From positions 558,001 through 622,000 of the forward strand of contig CM074813.1 in NCBI GenBank assembly GCA_037447605.1: a stretch of DNA of 64,000 bases, read 5' to 3'. The notes beneath the pieces are model-generated. The model had not been told where the DNA came from. It worked only from the letters and a program-made list of their open reading frames with translations, and searched no databases. Below, one piece after another: positions 48,804 through 59,811 of this stretch (the first letter of the stretch is position 1; each line of letters starts with the position of its first letter). This DNA comes from Zygnema circumcarinatum SAG 698-1b (taxonomy: Eukaryota > Plantae > Zygnematophyceae). Both the position numbers and the translations under genes were made by a program.

Positions 48804-50360
48804 ATGGAGAGGTTTATGGCTGCCCTTCGCCTCTTCTTCTTGGAGGAGAAGAAACCTCTCCAAGAGGGCGCCACAACCCGCACAGAACTGCTATCCTCTG
48901 AATCCGGTGTGGTAGGTTCAGTTCCAGATTCAGTTCCAGGTTCAGTTCCGTCTCACGGAACAGGAACTGTGCTCAGGGAACCAGGAGCAGGGGAGGAGAC
49001 GGAGCTCCTGCTTGGCTGGAAGCGCCTCCCGCTCTCTCCCTCCCTCCAGGAGGTTCACTCCTCCGTCTATGTCCCGGACCCCTCGGCGCCATGGTTTAAG
49101 CATATGATGGCGTTCACGGGTTTAGGGTTTATGATCAGCGTGGGCTACATGGATCCCGGGAACTGGGCCACGGACCTCGCGGCCGGCTCCGCCTACGGAT
49201 ACAAACTTTTGATCGCAGTTTTACTTTCAAATTTCGCCGCTATTTTTCTGCAATCTTTGGCCCTAAAACTGGGAGTGGTGGCGGAGAGGGACCTCGCACA
49301 GGCCTGCAGAGACGCGTACCCCAAATGGGCGAGCTACATTTTGTGGATTTTGGCCGAAATCGCGATCGCTGCGACGGATTTAGCGGAGATTATTGGATCT
49401 GCAACGGCGCTCTATCTGCTGTTCGGGATACCGTTATGGGCCGGCGTGCTGCTGACCGTGTTCGACGTCTTTTTTATCATCATTTTCGGCATGCGGAACT
49501 TTCGACTGCTTGAGTTTTTCGTCTTCACTTTGTGCGCTCTCATCGCGGGATGCTTCGTCTATGAGATCATCAAAGTTTCTCCGGAATGGAGCGACGTGGC
49601 GGCGGGCTTCATTCCTAAGCCTTCGATTGTGACCGACACAAACGCTCTTTATAATGCGATTGGAATTTTGGGAGCAACTGTGATGCCTCACAACCTGTAC
49701 CTCCACTCGAGCATCATTCAAACGCGAGCTTATTCTCGAAACCTTGCCGGCAAAAAAATGGCGATAAGGTACGGAACTTTGGACTCCTCTTTGGCCTTAT
49801 CCATCGCCTTCTTCGTCAACGCCTCCATCTTAATCCTCGCTTCCGCTGCCTTCCACTACGGGCCCAACCCTAACCCTAATGTGGCCTACATCAGCGAAGC
49901 CTATAAACTCATATCTCCCGCTCTCGGCTCTAATGCTGCGAAAATTCTCTTTGGAGTCGCATTATTAGCTAGTGGCCAGAATTCCACCATTACTGGAACC
50001 CTAGCGGGGCAGATTGTGATGGAGGGTTTCCTCCATGTGAGCTTGAAGCCATGGATTCGGCGCCTTATAACGAGGATGGTGGCGGTTGTGCCCGCAGCCA
50101 TAGTGGCGGCCGTAGGGGGCAATAGGGGCGCAGGGAAGCTGCTGGTTCTCAGTCAGGTGGTGCTGTCGCTGCAACTGACGTTCTGTGTGGCTCCGTTGGT
50201 GCACTTTACGGGGTCCAAGAGCCGCATGGGAACGTTTGTTAACGGCTGGTTCGCGCATGTAGCGGCAGTTCTGTTGACCGTTGGGATCGCGGCACTGAAC
50301 GTCGTTTTGGTCGTGAAGTCGATTTGGGAGAACAAGTTTGGGGATGCCTCGGGGGTGTGA
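48804..50360 (+). CDS. NRAMP: NRAMP/MntH divalent metal (Mn/Fe) transporter, intronless
   Basis: Single ORF of 518 aa from ATG 48804. Motifs SVGYMDPGNWATD, GATVMPHNLYLHS, LLASGQNSTITGTLAGQIVMEGF and LLVLSQVVLSLQL; about 11 hydrophobic segments. Confidence 0.96.
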   Translation: MERFMAALRLFFLEEKKPLQEGATTRTELLSSESGVVGSVPDSVPGSVPSHGTGTVLREPGAGEETELLLGWKRLPLSPSLQEVHSSVYVPDPSAPWFKHMMAFTGLGFMISVGYMDPGNWATDLAAGSAYGYKLLIAVLLSNFAAIFLQSLALKLGVVAERDLAQACRDAYPKWASYILWILAEIAIAATDLAEIIGSATALYLLFGIPLWAGVLLTVFDVFFIIIFGMRNFRLLEFFVFTLCALIAGCFVYEIIKVSPEWSDVAAGFIPKPSIVTDTNALYNAIGILGATVMPHNLYLHSSIIQTRAYSRNLAGKKMAIRYGTLDSSLALSIAFFVNASILILASAAFHYGPNPNPNVAYISEAYKLISPALGSNAAKILFGVALLASGQNSTITGTLAGQIVMEGFLHVSLKPWIRRLITRMVAVVPAAIVAAVGGNRGAGKLLVLSQVVLSLQLTFCVAPLVHFTGSKSRMGTFVNGWFAHVAAVLLTVGIAALNVVLVVKSIWENKFGDASGV

Positions 50361-51207
50361 GGGAAAACGGAAAGCGGAAAACGGGAAAAACGGAACGGCA
50401 TGGAAGGGGAAGGAGTGCATGGAACGGCATGGAAGGGAAGGGGGTCGAGTGGAGGGGTTTAGTAGGTTTTATGAGAGGCTGTACGGAATTTTGTGAATTT
50501 CTTTTTACGTGCAGGCTGAGGTCTTGGCCGCCAGATAGTTTGACAGTTCGATGACTTGTGACAGCGGAAAAAGTGAAAAGCTTGGTTCAATGAAATTAAA
50601 AAAGGGGAAAAGGTGTAAATTATGCGCTACTGTAAGCAGAAAACATGCGGAACAAAATTTTTGAATAAAGTGAAAAGTACATGGAACGGGTGGGACTTGT
50701 CAAGACTTGAATAGTGGCCAAAGTCTACGTTACTTTACAGAAATTTATCGTCCGATTAAAAAAAAAAGGAAAATTGAAAACGTCCGAAAGCCCTCTTCAG
50801 AAGGAAGTGAATCTTCGGCGTTTCTGTACATGAGAAAATAAAAAAGACAGAAAAATTGTAAACTCGTGCAAAATTTTCATGTCAAGACTCTCTCTCCCTC
50901 TCCATCTCCCTCTCCCGCTCTCCCCCTCTCCCGCTCTGCCCCTCTCCCTCTCTCCCTCTCTCCCTCTCTCCCTCTCCCTCCCTCTCCCTCCCTCTCTCTC
51001 CCTCCCTCTCTCCCTCCCTCTCCCTTCCTCTCCCTCCCTCTCGCTCCCTCTCCCTTCCTCTCCCTCCCTCTCGCTCCCTCTCCCTCCCTNNNNNNNNNNC
51101 CTCCCTCTCCTCTCTCCCTCTCCCTCTCCCTCTCCCTCTCCTTCTCTCTCTCGCCCACTCTCTCCCCTCTCCCTCTCCCAGTCCTCCCCCCCTCCAACTC
51201 GCTTGCT

Positions 51208-54200
51208 TCACTTCCGCCGTCTCTTGATCTTCTCCTTGAGCGCCTCCACATTGATAGTGAGCGGCTCCGCGTGTTCGACCTCCACCTGCGACCTCCGCTC
51301 CGCCGCTCCGTCGAACCGCGCCGCCACCGCCAACTCGTCCATCGTTTCGACCACAAATTTCATTTTCGCCACAATCTCGAGCAAAATCGAAACGAACTTT
51401 ATGAGCGAGAGAGCAGAAATCCGTTCAACAGTACCGGCCCATTGCTCCTCTATCGAGTTCTCCCGCCATAGTTGACCAGGTTTGACCGCTGCATCCGGAC
51501 TTAAGGAGCTCGCGAACGGCATAGGCAAGCCCATTACATCACTGCATTCCCACATCCCAATGGGCTTTAGGGTTTAGGGTTCAGGGTTTAGAAAACTAGA
51601 GTTCAGGGGTTTCAGTATTGTAAACGTTCATCCAATCTCAGAGAATCGCACCTGGAAGGCGTATCCTCCTCTATGCTGAGTCGCCTTCCATAAAACTCCC
51701 CTTTCTTCACCACTCCGCCAAACCCTAACCGTTCCTCTTCATGAGCTGCCTTGCGAGGTTCCATGGCTGCCATCACAGTTGCAGCTCCCTCCATAGACCC
51801 CCCTCCCCCTCCCGCTCTCTCTCCTCCCCCTCTCTCTCCTCCCCCTCCCCCTCCCTCTCCCNNNNNNNNNNCCTCCCCCTCCCCCTCCCTCTCCCCCTCC
51901 CCCTCCCCCTCCCCCTCCCCCTCCCTCTCCCCCTCCCTCTCCCCCTCTCTCTCCTCCCACAGACGGAGCCTTCGGCAATCCCGGCGGACCCTTCAATGCC
52001 GAGGTCATCCGTTGAATTGAAGTTCCCGTGACAGGTGTCACGCTCCCAGACCTCCTCCCCTCCCCCCTCCTCTCCTCCCCTCCCTCCCTACTCGCCTCCC
52101 CTTGACTCGACGACGAGGGATTCCTCGGAAAATTTCGGTGCTGCCCGCCAGTCCCCCCTCTCTTCTCATAGCTGTCCGCTAAAAAGGTTTTTCGACTGTG
52201 CCCGGAGGACCCCCCCCCCCGCATGGCTTCGTAGCTAGGCGACAAATGGGGCCCCCGCGGATTCGGTGACTGAATCTGTTCGGTCAGTCCGAGAACGGAC
52301 GGAATCTGTTTGCAGACGCGGTGTTGGAGAATGAGGGCGGCCTCCTCCGCCTTTCGGAGAATTGGACCGACGTCGACCCAAGCATGGCGTTCCATGCTCG
52401 TTCCAAGGGCCCGTAAAATTCTGTTACCCACAACGGAATCAGTTCTCTTACTTGTGAGAAATTTTGGGGTTTTTTAGATTTTGACGTTTTTTAGGTTTTG
52501 GGTTCTTGCGATTTGGAATTTGAGATGGAAAGAGTTCGAAAAAGGAGGGAAAACATAAAGAGAAAAGGTTTTTTTGGGGGTGTTCACACTTGGAGCATGG
52601 CTTTCCGATGGCGTCCATTTCCCCCTTGAAGAGCAGTCGGAGATATTCCGGAGCTTGAATTTCGGCCCGAAGGCAGGAGTCGAGCCCTATGATGTCGTAT
52701 ACGGCGTATCGCAAATTATCGTTCATATCGTCATATAAGTGCCACGGGTAGCCATAGAAAAATCTTCCATGGCATGGCTCGAAAGGAACGGTTCCCAACT
52801 GGAACCAACTCCATAAAAGAAAAAGATAAATATATATAAAAAAAAATATATATATATGGATAAATAAAGGGGAACGATATTGAAGAGGAGAAGAAAAGGT
52901 CGACAAATAACAGACAAAAGCAAACCCTCATCTAGTTGAACCCAACAGCTTTGTTGAACCTTGAAATCGTGGAACTCTCAACTCAAGAAACGCACAGTGT
53001 GAGAGTTGAACTTCTGGTTCCAAGGTTGAACCTTTACCAGTTTATCCACCTCCACGTCCGATTGGACGACAGCGCCGTACAGTTTGGGAAGCGATTCCAC
53101 CGTCACGTCATCTCCAGAAATCGATTTATTCCACACTTCAGGACCGTGATCAAGAATGGTCCCTTTCTCGTATTCTTCTATACACCTGGCAGCCATCCAT
53201 TGGCCCACACTTTTCTCCTTCAATGGCGGCAAAAAATCCCAAATTCCTACTCCCCATAGACCTCCACCACACACACACCCACCGCCCCCCTCCCTCGTCA
53301 GAACACCTCCCTCCCCTCCCCCCACCCCCCTCCCCCCCTCCCCCCCTCCCCCCCTCCCCCTCCCCTCCTCCCCTCCTCCCCCTCCCCTCCTCCCCCTCCC
53401 CTCCTCCCTCCTCCCTCCTCTCCTCCTCGCCTCCTCCCCTCCTCCCCTCCTCCCCTCCTCCCCTCCTCTCCTCCTCCCCTCCTCTCCTCCTCCCTCCCCC
53501 CTCCCCCCCTCCCCCTGCACCTCCCTTCCCTGCCTCTCCCTCCTCCTCCCTCACTCCCTCACCCTCCCTCCTCGCCTCCTCGCTCCTCCGCCTCCTCCCC
53601 TCCTCCCATCCTCCCCTCCTCTCCTCCGCTCCTCCGCTCCTCCGCTCCTCCGCTCCTCACTCCTCCTCTCCTCCCTCTCCTCCTCTCCTCCTCTTCCTCC
53701 CTCTCCTCCTCTCCTGTCCCTGTCCGCTCCTCGCTCCTCGCTCCTCCGCTCCTCGCTCCTCGCTCTCCGCTCCTCACTCCTCCTCTCCTCCTCTCCTCCT
53801 CTCCTCCTCTCCTCCTCTTTCCCTCTCCTCCTCTCCTCCTCCTCCCTCTCCTCCTCTCCTCCTCCTCTCCTCCTCTCTCCTCCTCTCCTCTCCTCCTCCT
53901 CTCCTCCTCCTCTCCTCCTCCTCCTCCTCTCTCCTCCTCTCCTCTCCTCTCCTCCCTCTCCTCCTCTCTCCTCCTCTCCTCACCTCTCCTCCTCTCCTCC
54001 CTCTCCTCCCTCTCCTCCTCTCCTCCTCTCCTCCTCTCTCCTCCTCTCCTCTCTCTCCTCCTCTCCTCCTCTCCTCCTCTCCTCCTCTCCTCACTCTCCT
54101 CCCTCTCCTCCCTCTCCTCCTCCTCCTCTCCTCCCTCTCCTCCCTCCTCCTCCTCTCCTCCTCTCCTCTCCTCCCTCTCCTCCTCTCCTCCCTCTCACCC

Positions 54201-57200
54201 CTCCTCCCTCCTCCCTCCTCCCCTCCTCCCCCATCCCCCTTCCCCCCCTTCCCCCCTCTCCCTCCTACCCCCTCCCCCCTCCCCTCCCCCCTCCTTCCCC
54301 CTTCCCCCTCCCTCCTCCCTCCACCTCCCCCACCCCCCCCTCCCCTCCCCCTCCCCTCCCCCTCCCCCTTCCCTCCCCCTCCCCCATCCCCCCTCCCTCC
54401 TCCCTCCTCCCTCCCCTCCCCCTCCCCCCCCCCTCCCCTACTGCCTCTCTCTAGGATGCTTTCGCCTTGGTGGTGAAGTTGTTGGTCATGAGCGCGTGCA
54501 GCGCGTCCCCCGCAAAGGCCGGCCGCAGCGTCACGTTGACGAGCGTCACGACAAGAAACGCCGCCACGATCATCGCGAGCCGCGCGAGGGGGACCAGGAC
54601 CAGGTCCTCGCGGGGACCGTGGAACCCGCTAACGACAAGAATGTGGAAGGTCACCAGGGCCATCACCACCGCGTAGTTCCACCTGCAACCGCACCAGGGG
54701 TCAGGGTTTAGGGTTTAGGGTTCAGGGTTTTTCAGGGTGTAGGGTTTAGGGTTAGGGTTCAGGGATCAGGGTTCAGGGTTAAGTGGTTAGGGGTTCGGGG
54801 CTTGGGGTCAGGGTTCAAGGTTCAGGTTCAGGTTTTAGGGTTTAGGGTTCAGTGTTTTTCAGGGTGTAGGGTTTAGGGTTAGGGTTCAGGGATCAGGGTT
54901 CAGGGTTAAGTGGTTAGGGGTTCGGGGCTTGGGGTCAGGGTTCAAGGTTCAGGTTCAGGTTTTAGGGTTTAGGGTTCAGTGTTTTTCAGGGTGTAGGATT
55001 TAGGGTGAGGGTTCAGGGTTCAGGGTTCAGGGTTTAGGGTTTAGGTCGAAGGTTTAAGGTTCAAGGTTTAGGGTTCGGGGTTTAAGGTGTAGAGATTTGG
55101 GATTGAAAATGCGAGGGTTTATGGAGTTTGAGAATGGCAGGAGGGAAGGGTTTAGGGTTTTGCGGTAGGGGGCACCTCTCCTTGAAGGGCGCCTTGTACT
55201 TGTAGAAGGTGAGGACGACCGTGGAGAGTGTGCAGCAGAGCACCACGAAGTGCGGGTGGAAGCCCCCCAGCAGCGGCCCGAGGTGGTTTGCGCCCACGGC
55301 CAGCGCCCCCGCCGTGAAGGTGCCCACCACGCGGTTCACGCCCTTGCTGCGGGGGGGGGGGGGGTTAGGGTTTAGGGGTTAGGGTAAGGGTTTAGGGTTA
55401 GGGTTAGCTGGGATCCTAGGGTATCCACAAAGCCTCAGCGGGTTAGGGTTTAGGGTTTAGTGGTTAGGGGTTAGGGTAAGGGTTTAGGGTTTAGGGGTTA
55501 GGGGTTAGGGTTAGAGTTACTGTTAGGGTTAGGGTTAGGGTTAGGGTTAGGGTTAGGGTTAGGGTTTAGGGTTTAGTGTCAGGGGTTAGAGTTAAGGTTA
55601 GGGTTAGGACTTAGTGGTAAGGGGTTAGGGTTAGGGTTAGGGTTGAGGGTTAGGGTTAGGGTTGAGGGTTAGGGTAAGGGTTAGGGTTAGGGTTGAGGGT
55701 TAGGGTTAGGGTTGAGGGTTAGGGTAAGGGTTAGTGTTTAGGGTTTTACTTTAGGGGTTTAGGGTTAGGGTAAGGGTTGAAGGTTTAGGGGTTGGGTTTT
55801 GGATTTAAGATTTGGGTTAAAAGGTCTAGGGGTTAAGGTCTACGAGTTTGGGTTAGGCCTTAGGGGTTAGGGCTTAGGTCTAGGGTTTGGGGTTAGGATT
55901 TAGGGGATCGGTTGAATTTGGAGGTCTGGGATCGGGGTTTAGTGCCCTTATATTCACCGCCTTTAGGTATTCCCCCTCCTTTCCACCGTCACTATAGTAA
56001 CATTAAGTTCAATATGATGTGAATTGATCCTTTTTTTTCTTTTCCCTTTTTTTTTTTTTTGCTTTCTTGACTTTCGTTTTACTTTGTGGTTTGAGTCCCA
56101 CCTGAAGGCGAGGCCTACATTGCTCTCAAAGACACAATCGACGGTCACGACCGCCCAGACGCCGATCGTGGACAGCGAATCGAACGGTGGAGGGAGCACG
56201 CAGATTGTTGACGTCAGCAGCACCGCAAGACCCGCCTTGACCGACAGCGCCAGCAGCTTTTGATCCTTTTGGATGTCGCGGTGGCACTGCGCGAGCCAAT
56301 CAGCGAGCGCCGCCACACGCTCCACCGCGAACGTGAAGGGCATGCGGAAAAGTTTGGGCCCTGCCCGAGAGAGAGAAGGGGGGAGGGCGGCGCAGAGGGT
56401 AAGGGAGGGAGGACGGGGAGGGAGAGGGCGAGCGAGAGGGAAGAGAAGGAGAGGGCGAAGGAGAGAGAGAGGAAAGGGAGGGAGAGGGAGAGAGAGGAGA
56501 GAGGGAAGGAAAAGAGAGGGAGTGGACGGAGAGGGAAAGCGAGAGAGGCGAGCAGGAAGAGGGAGGAGGGAAAGAGAGTGCAGAGGAATTTGCGAGTTTG
56601 TGATGCATATTGTCCGAGAGTGTCGGCGTTAATGGTCGAAGGTTCGGGGCGCGTTGGGGGATTAGGGTTCAGGGCGCGTTGGGGGGTTAGGGTTCAGGGC
56701 GCATTGGGGGGTTAGGGTTCAGGGCGCACTGGAGGGTTAGGGTTCAGGCCGCATTGGGGGATTAGGGTTGAGGGCGCATTGGGAGGAGATTAGGGTTGAG
56801 GGTTTAAGCCCCGCACAGGTGAGCGGCGGCGCGTCCTCCGCCTTCCCCAGCGACGCGCTCCGCCCCCCGCGGCGGTTGCTGCTGCTGCTGGCGGCCATCA
56901 TCGCGTGCCACGCGTCCACGCCCGCCGCCCACTCCTCCCACTCGAAAAAATTGCCGTAATTGGCCACGCCGATGTCCATGTCAGCATCCACATCAGCATA
57001 CACGTCAGCATGCACGCCAGCGTGCACGTCAGACTCCATGTCAGCGTCCACGTAGTGAAAGCCATCCTGGAAGCCATCGGTCACGTCACGGCCCGGCGCG
57101 TCGCCGAAGCTGAAGTCGTCTTCTTCCGGGGCGGAGGTTTGGGAGTGGGCGGAGGGGAGGGGTTTAGGGTTCAGGGAGGGGGGCGGGGGGAGGGAGGGGG

Positions 57201-57246
57201 AGGGAGGAGGGAGGAGGGGGCGGGAAAGCTCGTCGTGGGAGGCCAT
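51208..57246 (-). CDS. ALMT: ALMT-family anion (malate) channel; frame break at end of exon 4 in this assembly
   Basis: Exons 57246-56817, 56360-56102 (KAGLAVLL...VWAVVTVDCVFESNVGLAF), 55346-55176 (SKGVNRVVGTFTAG), 54682-~54455 (RPAFAGDALHALMTNNF), 53185-53038, 52798-52590 (FEPCHGRF.YGYPW...LRAEIQAPE), 52420-~51961, and a last exon ending LSLIKFVSILLEIVAKMKFVVETMDELAVAARF...RRRK*. Exons near the 51862 gap are unresolved. Confidence 0.82.
53230..54450. repeat. 1.2-kb homopyrimidine (CT/CCT) tract in ALMT intron
   Basis: Almost exclusively C and T on +; source of the spurious 417- and 432-aa ORFs. Confidence 0.95.
54700..55085. repeat. Telomere-variant array with a ~135-bp internal duplication (ALMT intron)
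   Basis: The block gtgtagggtttagggttagggttcagggatcagggttcagggttaagtggtt... occurs twice. Confidence 0.8.
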
Positions 57247-58216
57247 GGAGGGACAGAGAGGGAGAGGGCGAGGGAGAGGGAGAGACATACTACTGGCATG
57301 ATGATGTCATCACTGATAGGGCATATGTCTGACTTTGAAAAAATTGTCAAGTCATGATACCGAATCGAGTACTTTTCGGAGGTCGATATCGGTCGCACCA
57401 ATGGCAGTCGGTGGTATTCCTTTCGATTTTGTCGTCTCGCCCTAGTGGGCCTCCGTGGATCAGGGCCAATTTGTGATGACGTGGCCATCACTTTAACGTT
57501 TTGTGCCACGTGTCGTGTCTTGCTAGAGTGTTCGTATAACACGTCATTACAATCTCCAATCGAATGTCGCCACATGGCTCCCAATTGATTAAGTGGATAC
57601 CGTACAGTATTTGTCTTATCTGTCATACAGTACGGTCAAACGTGGAGCAGCCCTCATCGTTGACGTGTCCGTAGCACCGACCAATTTCTTGTGTGTTCTA
57701 TGTCTATGCTCACAGTTAATGCGCTGTTCTACTGTAACGGTAATTATCCTGTTCAAAAAAGTTAGGTTTTCGGACCGACAGGTGTCTCCGGAATGTACAA
57801 AACACGTAAGGATCGACGTGCCACGTGGCAGGACGGGATGGGTCGTTGGTTCCGTACAATACTTCAGGTTTTTTTCTAGAAACTGTCGACGCAAAGTTGC
57901 AAACCGGACGGCATCGCGTCGCAAAATGACGCTTGAAAACGTCAGCAAGTTGCAAACTCCCACGGTTTGGTTTGGTTTGATTTGGTTTGGTTTGGTTTAG
58001 TTTAGCACACCGCTATGCGAAAAAACTTATTAATGCTATGAAGGCCCAAAGAGTTGAACTGCTGAACTTCTGCACTATGAAAGGTGCTGCTCTGCACTGA
58101 GAGCATTTTCCATCGTTTAAAAAGTGGATCTGATTCCACTGCTTTTGGGGCTTTCCGAAAGGCACAGCAGCAGCACCATGACAGGGAGGCAGAGCAGGCA
58201 GCAAGTGAAGGACCAC

Positions 58217-58376
58217 GTAAAGTAAAGTAAAGTAGAGTAAAGTAAAGTAAAGTAAAGTAAAGTAAAGTAAAGTAAAGTAAAGTAAAGTAAAGTAAAGTAA
58301 AGTAAAGTAAAGTAAAGTAAAGTAAAGTAAAGTAAAGTAAAGTAAAGTAAAGTAAAGTAAAGTAAAGTAAAGTAAA
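58217..58376. repeat. (AAAGT)n pentanucleotide microsatellite
   Basis: About 32 nearly perfect units. Confidence 0.97.
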
Positions 58377-58719
58377 GCTCGTTTTCAAAGCTGAGCATGA
58401 CGATGTCTGTGAGATTCCTTCACTCCAGTGCTTCCAATTATCTTCACACTATCAAAACTATGTGCAGAATTCACACACGCAATGTAGTCATGGACAACTA
58501 ATGGAGCTCCGCAGATGTCCATACAAAAGCGAAACAGCGTGGCGACTCTTTTATGAATGTCTCTTTATACAGTACGGCGCTTGTGCCCAACCCTAATTCT
58601 TACAGCTAAAAACTCGCAAGCCAGCCCACCCCCCTTCTCTCCCACCTACCTCTCCCTCCCTCCCTCCCTCCCTCTCTCCCTTCCTACCATCTAATTACGC
58701 GCTACTATAACACCCTACA

Positions 58720-59811
58720 TCACTCCGGTTTTGTACACTTGACGCGCTTTTTTGATCTGTTCAGCTTCTCCAGAACTTCCTTCCCAAACCCTAAAATCTG
58801 CGTTGCAAGGCCCATCACCATCTGCTTATTATCTTCGTGGAGAGCCCTCTGCTCCGCATTGATCGACTCACATGCATCTTTCATCATCTTCAAAAAGGTG
58901 TCTTTCATCCCCTCAAACTCCGCCTTATCTCTCCCTCTCTTCCGCCCTCTCTCAGCGGGAGAAGGCTCCCCATCCATCCCTTTAAGCGGCCTCAAAAAGT
59001 CGTTGTTGACTTCCTGTTTTGCTCTCTGAGGCGCAGGACTATCCTGCAGAAGGGGAGTATTCATGGTTGCTTTCGAAGCCATCCAAGAATCTAAGGCACA
59101 GTACACCTTAAGATCAAATGCAGATGGTAATTTGTGCTGCTTCCTCTCCTTAGAATCCATTATCCAATACGATTTGCCACCGCTTTGTTCCGAATCTTTG
59201 AAATCTTTTATATCTTTGTACTGCCTCTGTATCGCCATCCACTTGTTCTTGCATTGCTCCCCTGACTTCACAACCCCTTCCGCCAACAGCTGCGCTGAAA
59301 TCTTCCCCCACCTCTCTACCGCAGGCTTTTTCTTCACTTTAATTCCGTCTCGCACGTCTTCGTAATGCTCATTCTTTTTCAACTCCACAAGAATTAAACT
59401 TTCGTGGTCCTCCCATTTCTCATTTTTCTCCTCCGACCCCTCTCCCGTTTGTGAAACCACTACCGCTAGAGGCTTCTCAACTATCGCCAGTGCAGACTGT
59501 ATGGGAGATACCGGAGCTTCCCCTCCTCCCTCCTGGCCGGCCGGAACATCTCCCATAGCTTCCTTGGCAATGAGAGTAGAGCTAGGAGCAAGATTAGGGC
59601 TAGAACCTGAGGGGTTGGGGATTAGGTCAAAAGTGGGATTAGGGTTAGGGCTAGAGTTAGGGCTGAGGTTGAGATTAGGGTTGGGCTCTGGGCTGGCAAG
59701 AGGAGAGGCTATGGAGAGGGGCGTCCGCGCGGCCATGCGCGCTTTCATGAGGCCCTGCTGCGTCTTCAGCTTCGAGGCCGAATTCACGCGCCCGTTCACA
59801 AAGGGATTCAT
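58720..59811 (-). CDS. Trihelix / Myb-SANT-like DNA-binding protein
   Basis: KWEDHESLILVELK...RWGKISAQLLAEGVVKSGEQCKNKWMAIQRQYKDIKD...SYWIMDSKERKQHKLPSAFDLKVYCALD, followed by a C-terminal coiled-coil-like region. Start at MNPF (59811) is inferred; an upstream exon ends at ~60590. Confidence 0.8.
   Translation of the reverse strand: MNPFVNGRVNSASKLKTQQGLMKARMAARTPLSIASPLASPEPNPNLNLSPNSSPNPNPTFDLIPNPSGSSPNLAPSSTLIAKEAMGDVPAGQEGGGEAPVSPIQSALAIVEKPLAVVVSQTGEGSEEKNEKWEDHESLILVELKKNEHYEDVRDGIKVKKKPAVERWGKISAQLLAEGVVKSGEQCKNKWMAIQRQYKDIKDFKDSEQSGGKSYWIMDSKERKQHKLPSAFDLKVYCALDSWMASKATMNTPLLQDSPAPQRAKQEVNNDFLRPLKGMDGEPSPAERGRKRGRDKAEFEGMKDTFLKMMKDACESINAEQRALHEDNKQMVMGLATQILGFGKEVLEKLNRSKKRVKCTKPE

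Noticed and set aside
53156-54476. 417- and 432-aa Pro/Leu/Ser ORFs as extensins
   Set aside because: They are translations of a CT tract antisense to an ALMT intron, with no signal peptide or consistent SPn register.
58002-58398. (LLYFT)n hydrophobic ORFs
   Set aside because: Translation of the (AAAGT)n microsatellite.
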